From an uncultured Deferribacteres bacterium (GTDB taxonomy: Bacteria; Zhuqueibacterota; Zhuqueibacteria; Zhuqueibacterales; Geothermadaptataceae), in the NCBI GenBank assembly GCA_964014485.1, contig CAXHAT010000085.1:1-31595 (forward strand): a DNA stretch of 31,595 bases, in the 5' to 3' direction. Under the pieces are notes generated by a model that did no database searches, was not told where the DNA came from, and was given only the letters and a program-made list of their open reading frames with translations. Each line of letters starts with the position of its first letter. Position 1 is the stretch's first letter. Position numbers and translations under genes: made by a program. This document shows positions 27,680 to 31,595 of the stretch, one piece after another.

Positions 27680-29506
27680 CTATCCGTTTTTTCTGGCTAT
27701 AAACTCATATATTTTGTGCGCGACTTCTTTAGCTTCATCAGACATTGTCTTCCAAGTGATTCCTGCAACAGCCTTTTGACAAAAATTCTTCTTATCACTG
27801 ACAGTGCCCGATTTCGCAGCGTATTTACCACGTCGTTCTTTTCTGCCTTTTTGGTCAAAATAGTCATCCAGGAATTTTCCAAGATATACATTTTTGTAGC
27901 TGTCGTGACTTTCGGTAAATTGGATATTTGTTTTTTCATATGTGAACAGCACAACTTGGAGTTCTACGGGTGACAAAAGATTTTCGACTTCACGAACCGG
28001 AAGTCTTACAAAACGATCTTCGAGTTTATCGTTGAGCTGCTTTGCCCGTTCTAACTTCGAGTTGCCGTCTTTGTCGGCGATAAGCATAGATCTGCTACAC
28101 AACCTATCGACATTTATTGGTTGTTCTTCTTCATCTAGAAAAGACCAATGCGTGATATTTCCGCCGCCGTATTCAACAAAGACAAAGTGAATATCTTCTT
28201 TGAATTTTGGACCGTTCCTAAGCGGTGAGTTTTGGTATTCTTCTAAAAAGCGTCGGAAGTACCATCTGTCCGTAATACCCTCCACCCAAATTGTAGCATT
28301 GGCAAGAAAAACGGAAGAATTTCTGACACCCAGCTCTTTCAATAAGTTTTTTTCCCCTGAAGATTCAAAGTTCACAAGGAATTTAGGCGTAGTATCATCG
28401 ACTCTGTCATTGTCCTTTTTTGAAAAAGAGTAGATAGAAATATTGGAATAATCGAAAGTCAAGTCGAGGAAATGATTTGAATGAGTAGTCAGAAAAAATT
28501 GATGATCTCTTTCAAAATTGCATAGAAGCTCGATCAATTTCCTTTGCATTCCTGGGTGCATATGAGTTTCCGGCTCTTCAATAAAAAACAGAGTTCGTTT
28601 CTCGGCTTTAAAGATCGGGAACGCAACTAAAATCAAGGCTTGTATACCGTCTCCTAAATCGTAGATAGGTCTTTCTTCACTCCCGATTCTTACAAAAACA
28701 ACATCTTGATTTGTGCGGGGAATTAAAGTGGTTGTTTGATTATCGAAAAAGCTCTCCGAGAGAAAATTCTCAAAATCGTTTATGCTTTTGCGCTGTTCGT
28801 GGTTCCCGAGTAAAAGGTCTCTGATTTCTGAGTATAAATTTTGTCCTGTGAAAACAGTTGGTTCTGATCTATTATCGGTGAAGTAGTCTTTTAAAGTACG
28901 ATTTTTATAAAAGTCGGGGCTGTTGTCTTGATCTGGCTTCAAATCTAACGGACGCAAACCTCTCAGTACAGGCAAGTAAACTCGCCGAGGCGAGTCTGCT
29001 CGATCTGGAGATTGATCAAAAAACGGGGCGAATTTTTTTCCGATAATTTTCAGTTCTTCGCTCTTCTTGCCAATATTTGCAATCTGTCCGGAAGTTGAAA
29101 AAGATGGATTAGGGGACATTTCTATTATCTTCTTCAGCAGGTTTTCTCTCAATTGAAATAATTCTGTACGATGATGAGATAACCAATAGATTTTAGAGTG
29201 TCTTTCAATCGATCCTACACTGATTTCTCCAATACTCTCGAGCGAATTCCTTCGAAAGAATTCTGTTAACTCCTTAATGAGTTTTTCGATTTCTTGATTA
29301 ATTGTATTTATGCTATAATTAGACGCATCAAAATGATAATTTTCTATTCGGGCCAAGCTCCGTAAAAACCTGCTCTTACCGCTATTGTTCGCACCTACCA
29401 AAATATTCACTTTTGAAAGATCGTTCAATCTTCCAATAGGAACGTCTTTATCAGCGACATAATTATTGAACTGTTCTGTGAGTTTAAGTGCTGAGTATTG
29501 AAGCAT
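27680..29506 (-). CDS. OLD-family ATP-dependent nuclease (ABC/AAA_15 ATPase plus TOPRIM)
   Basis: Walker A 'GANNSGKS', signature 'LGDG', Walker B 'IEEPE.HMHP', H-loop 'TTHS'; TOPRIM 'VEGITD', 'DKD', 'REVENLL'. Visibly AT-richer than its neighbours. Confidence 0.8.
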   Translation of the reverse strand: MLQYSALKLTEQFNNYVADKDVPIGRLNDLSKVNILVGANNSGKSRFLRSLARIENYHFDASNYSINTINQEIEKLIKELTEFFRRNSLESIGEISVGSIERHSKIYWLSHHRTELFQLRENLLKKIIEMSPNPSFSTSGQIANIGKKSEELKIIGKKFAPFFDQSPDRADSPRRVYLPVLRGLRPLDLKPDQDNSPDFYKNRTLKDYFTDNRSEPTVFTGQNLYSEIRDLLLGNHEQRKSINDFENFLSESFFDNQTTTLIPRTNQDVVFVRIGSEERPIYDLGDGIQALILVAFPIFKAEKRTLFFIEEPETHMHPGMQRKLIELLCNFERDHQFFLTTHSNHFLDLTFDYSNISIYSFSKKDNDRVDDTTPKFLVNFESSGEKNLLKELGVRNSSVFLANATIWVEGITDRWYFRRFLEEYQNSPLRNGPKFKEDIHFVFVEYGGGNITHWSFLDEEEQPINVDRLCSRSMLIADKDGNSKLERAKQLNDKLEDRFVRLPVREVENLLSPVELQVVLFTYEKTNIQFTESHDSYKNVYLGKFLDDYFDQKGRKERRGKYAAKSGTVSDKKNFCQKAVAGITWKTMSDEAKEVAHKIYEFIARKNG

Positions 29507-29608
29507 GATGAAAACCCCATCATTTTTCCAAGATACTTGAACTGAGAATTATGTTGTCTGAATTAAAAATATCTGTAATCCCAATCATTTGTTTAAGTTT
29601 ATTCTAAA

Positions 29609-31183
29609 TCAGTAGTTTACGTCCAGAAAAAAGCGTGCGTAACGTTCCGTCGTCTCTTGGCCCTCAATTAAATCGACGTTTTCCCGAGAGCGAGAAAGAT
29701 AACCGAGTCCGGCGAAGACGTCTTGCCGAATCTGGTGTCGTAAACGAAGATCGAATTCTCTTCGCTTTTCCAAAGTTCCTTCCAGAAAGTTTTTCTCAAC
29801 GCCGTCTTCAAAAGTGTGCGCCGTAAAAACGTCGCCCTTGCCTTTGCGGATCGAGCGGAAAAAGAATTCAAAGCGCGTGTCACGCAGCGGCTGAATCGCA
29901 AGTCCGGCTTTAAAGCGGTCAGCATTCGGCCCGAGTTTCGAGCCGATGCTGGCGCTGTAGTGATAATAAATGTTGTGGTCAAGGTGGTGCGTGTAAACCC
30001 AAGGATCGACGCGTGTGTATGAACCGAAAAGTTCGACCGTACGCAGTCCCAACGGTTGCGCCCAGTGCCCGCCGATAAGGTACGCCAGCTTGTTGCCCCA
30101 GTAAGTAAAAGGCGATTTATTGAACGAAAAATCATCGACGAAAAGCTCGCCATAAATGCGCACGCCAGCACCGGGAAGCCAGCTAAAATCAAAGCCGAGC
30201 ACGTTGTTATCGCGGTCGCCGTATTGGTGCTCCATAATATGGAATAACAAAAATGGATTGACGTAGCCGAGTTCAACGTCACGTCCGCCGTAAGTCAGCG
30301 TTTCGTAAACGCCGAACTGAAATTTTTTCCAAAACGCAAAGTCCAGACGGTGTCCGGCGAGGTAGCGCTGCGTTTCGTTGCCCAGCAAATTGCCGTGAAA
30401 GGAGGTCAGACGGAATTTCTCAAACTCGAACGAGAATTGAATCAAATCGAGCGGCTCATTCTGGCTTGAAACGGCCAACTGTTCGAAATTGCCTGAGCCC
30501 CAGCTCACGTCATTGCGCCCGATCAAAACGCCAAAATGCCCAAACTTCGCCGCAACATAACCCGTCGCCTGATCACGAAAACCGGCCGCACCGGTGCGCG
30601 AGACAATCTCACCGCTTGTCGGATCGAAATTTTCGCTGGTTTCATTTTCACCCAATGTCATCGTATTGCGCGCGGTGAGGCCAAAATGGACGCGCTTGCC
30701 AAGTCTCCCTCGAATTGCGCCAAGCCCGATCGTTTCGGAAATATTCTCGTCTTCAACGCCGAGCCGGTTTTGGCGAAAACGAAAGTTTTGCACCATGCGC
30801 GCGTCGACAAATATCTGAGAGCGGCCTTCTTCATAGCGCAAAAGATGAATTTCCGAACCGTCCGGCGCTTTTTGGCCGATTTCAGGATCGGTGAATTCAG
30901 CGAGCATTTGCGCCAAAAGCGCGCGATCTGCTTTTGAAAGCTTGTCCCGTTTTGCGTTCATGAACTGTAATTGTTCGCGAACCAAATCTCTGGAGAGCGG
31001 CAGAACGCGCAACGCAAAGCCTTGCACCAATTGCTGCGCTTCAGCTTTTTGCAAAAACGGATAAACTTGATGATCGAGCGGGACGGTGGAATATTGCGCG
31101 GTGAGCTTCTGAGCATTCGATGCTAAGATAAATGAAGCAAAGACTATCGTCTGGACAAGTTTGTGAGAAAGAGCGAACTTCAT
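29609..31183 (-). CDS. wzi: Capsule assembly Wzi-family outer-membrane protein
   Basis: Signal peptide; 'IGRN..SWG', 'AGHRLD', 'YVNPF', 'DRDN..LGFD', 'YGELFVDD', 'GPNAD'; C-terminal aromatic residue. Confidence 0.75.
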   Translation of the reverse strand: MKFALSHKLVQTIVFASFILASNAQKLTAQYSTVPLDHQVYPFLQKAEAQQLVQGFALRVLPLSRDLVREQLQFMNAKRDKLSKADRALLAQMLAEFTDPEIGQKAPDGSEIHLLRYEEGRSQIFVDARMVQNFRFRQNRLGVEDENISETIGLGAIRGRLGKRVHFGLTARNTMTLGENETSENFDPTSGEIVSRTGAAGFRDQATGYVAAKFGHFGVLIGRNDVSWGSGNFEQLAVSSQNEPLDLIQFSFEFEKFRLTSFHGNLLGNETQRYLAGHRLDFAFWKKFQFGVYETLTYGGRDVELGYVNPFLLFHIMEHQYGDRDNNVLGFDFSWLPGAGVRIYGELFVDDFSFNKSPFTYWGNKLAYLIGGHWAQPLGLRTVELFGSYTRVDPWVYTHHLDHNIYYHYSASIGSKLGPNADRFKAGLAIQPLRDTRFEFFFRSIRKGKGDVFTAHTFEDGVEKNFLEGTLEKRREFDLRLRHQIRQDVFAGLGYLSRSRENVDLIEGQETTERYARFFLDVNY

Positions 31184-31487
31184 GTTTTCTTTTTTTCAGG
31201 CATAAAATGGCAGGAGAACAACGCAAAGCCCCTGCAAAAGGTAAAATTGGCAAAAGTTACTTTTGAGCGCGCCAAACTAGCTATTCACTTCAATAAAAGC
31301 AAGCGAAAGCCCAAAAGAAAGCTGTGTGCGGTTCGTTGGATTGGCCTCGTTAATTACCACTTTGAACTTCGATTCTCGCCGAATACTTTCCCGCCTGCGC
31401 TGGTAAACAAAATTTCAGATTGGCGGTCTACCCGCGAAAGATTTTTTAACTGATGTTACGAAACTGGTCAATGATATGACATTTGAC

Positions 31488-31595
31488 TAAAAACTTTGCT
31501 CTACATGTCATTCCTGCGGAGGCAGGAATCCAGAAAATGATGCACGGTCACTGGATTCCTGCCTCCGCAGGAATGACGCGTGAGCAAAGTTTTTA
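31488..31595. mobile_element. MITE/REPIN-like nested palindromic element at the window end
   Basis: Outer perfect 14-bp IR TAAAAACTTTGCTC / GAGCAAAGTTTTTA. Inner perfect 27-bp IR GTCATTCCTGCGGAGGCAGGAATCCAG (31507..31533 and 31551..31577), each arm itself palindromic. Confidence 0.75.

Noticed and set aside
27640..29608. Direct repeats or att sites bounding the OLD gene
   Set aside because: Only short AT-rich matches (ATTCTA) that are expected by chance.
3896..31595. CRISPR array or integron attC interpretation of the palindromic repeats
   Set aside because: The repeats are dispersed, not regularly spaced; there are no cas or intI genes and no consistent RYYYAAC/GTTRRRY cassette boundaries.

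Overview
Bacterial chromosomal window, probably from an FCB-group lineage such as KSB1/Calditrichota; this is inferred from the PorV-like barrel and the 'NYPNPFNP' C-terminal secretion domains. Left arm (+ strand): a partial PorV/PorQ-like barrel, an IPT/beta-propeller lipoprotein, two secreted proteins with T9SS-type CTDs (one a GHL10 glycoside hydrolase), a BNR/sialidase-like lipoprotein, an orphan napD-like gene and an unlisted 44-aa membrane ORF. Right arm (- strand): wzi, an AT-rich stand-alone OLD-family ATPase/TOPRIM nuclease, a ~16 kb Wzx/Wzy polysaccharide locus behind a sigma54-type promoter, glnS and a small membrane protein. The polysaccharide locus contains an unusual tailoring cassette (FemAB-like GNAT, CE4 deacetylase, JmjC dioxygenase, ATP-grasp ligase). 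The intergenic DNA holds several non-autonomous elements in which REP-like palindromes sit inside different terminal-inverted-repeat shells; two of them have clear target-site duplications. All calls come from reading motifs by eye; no database searches were run.
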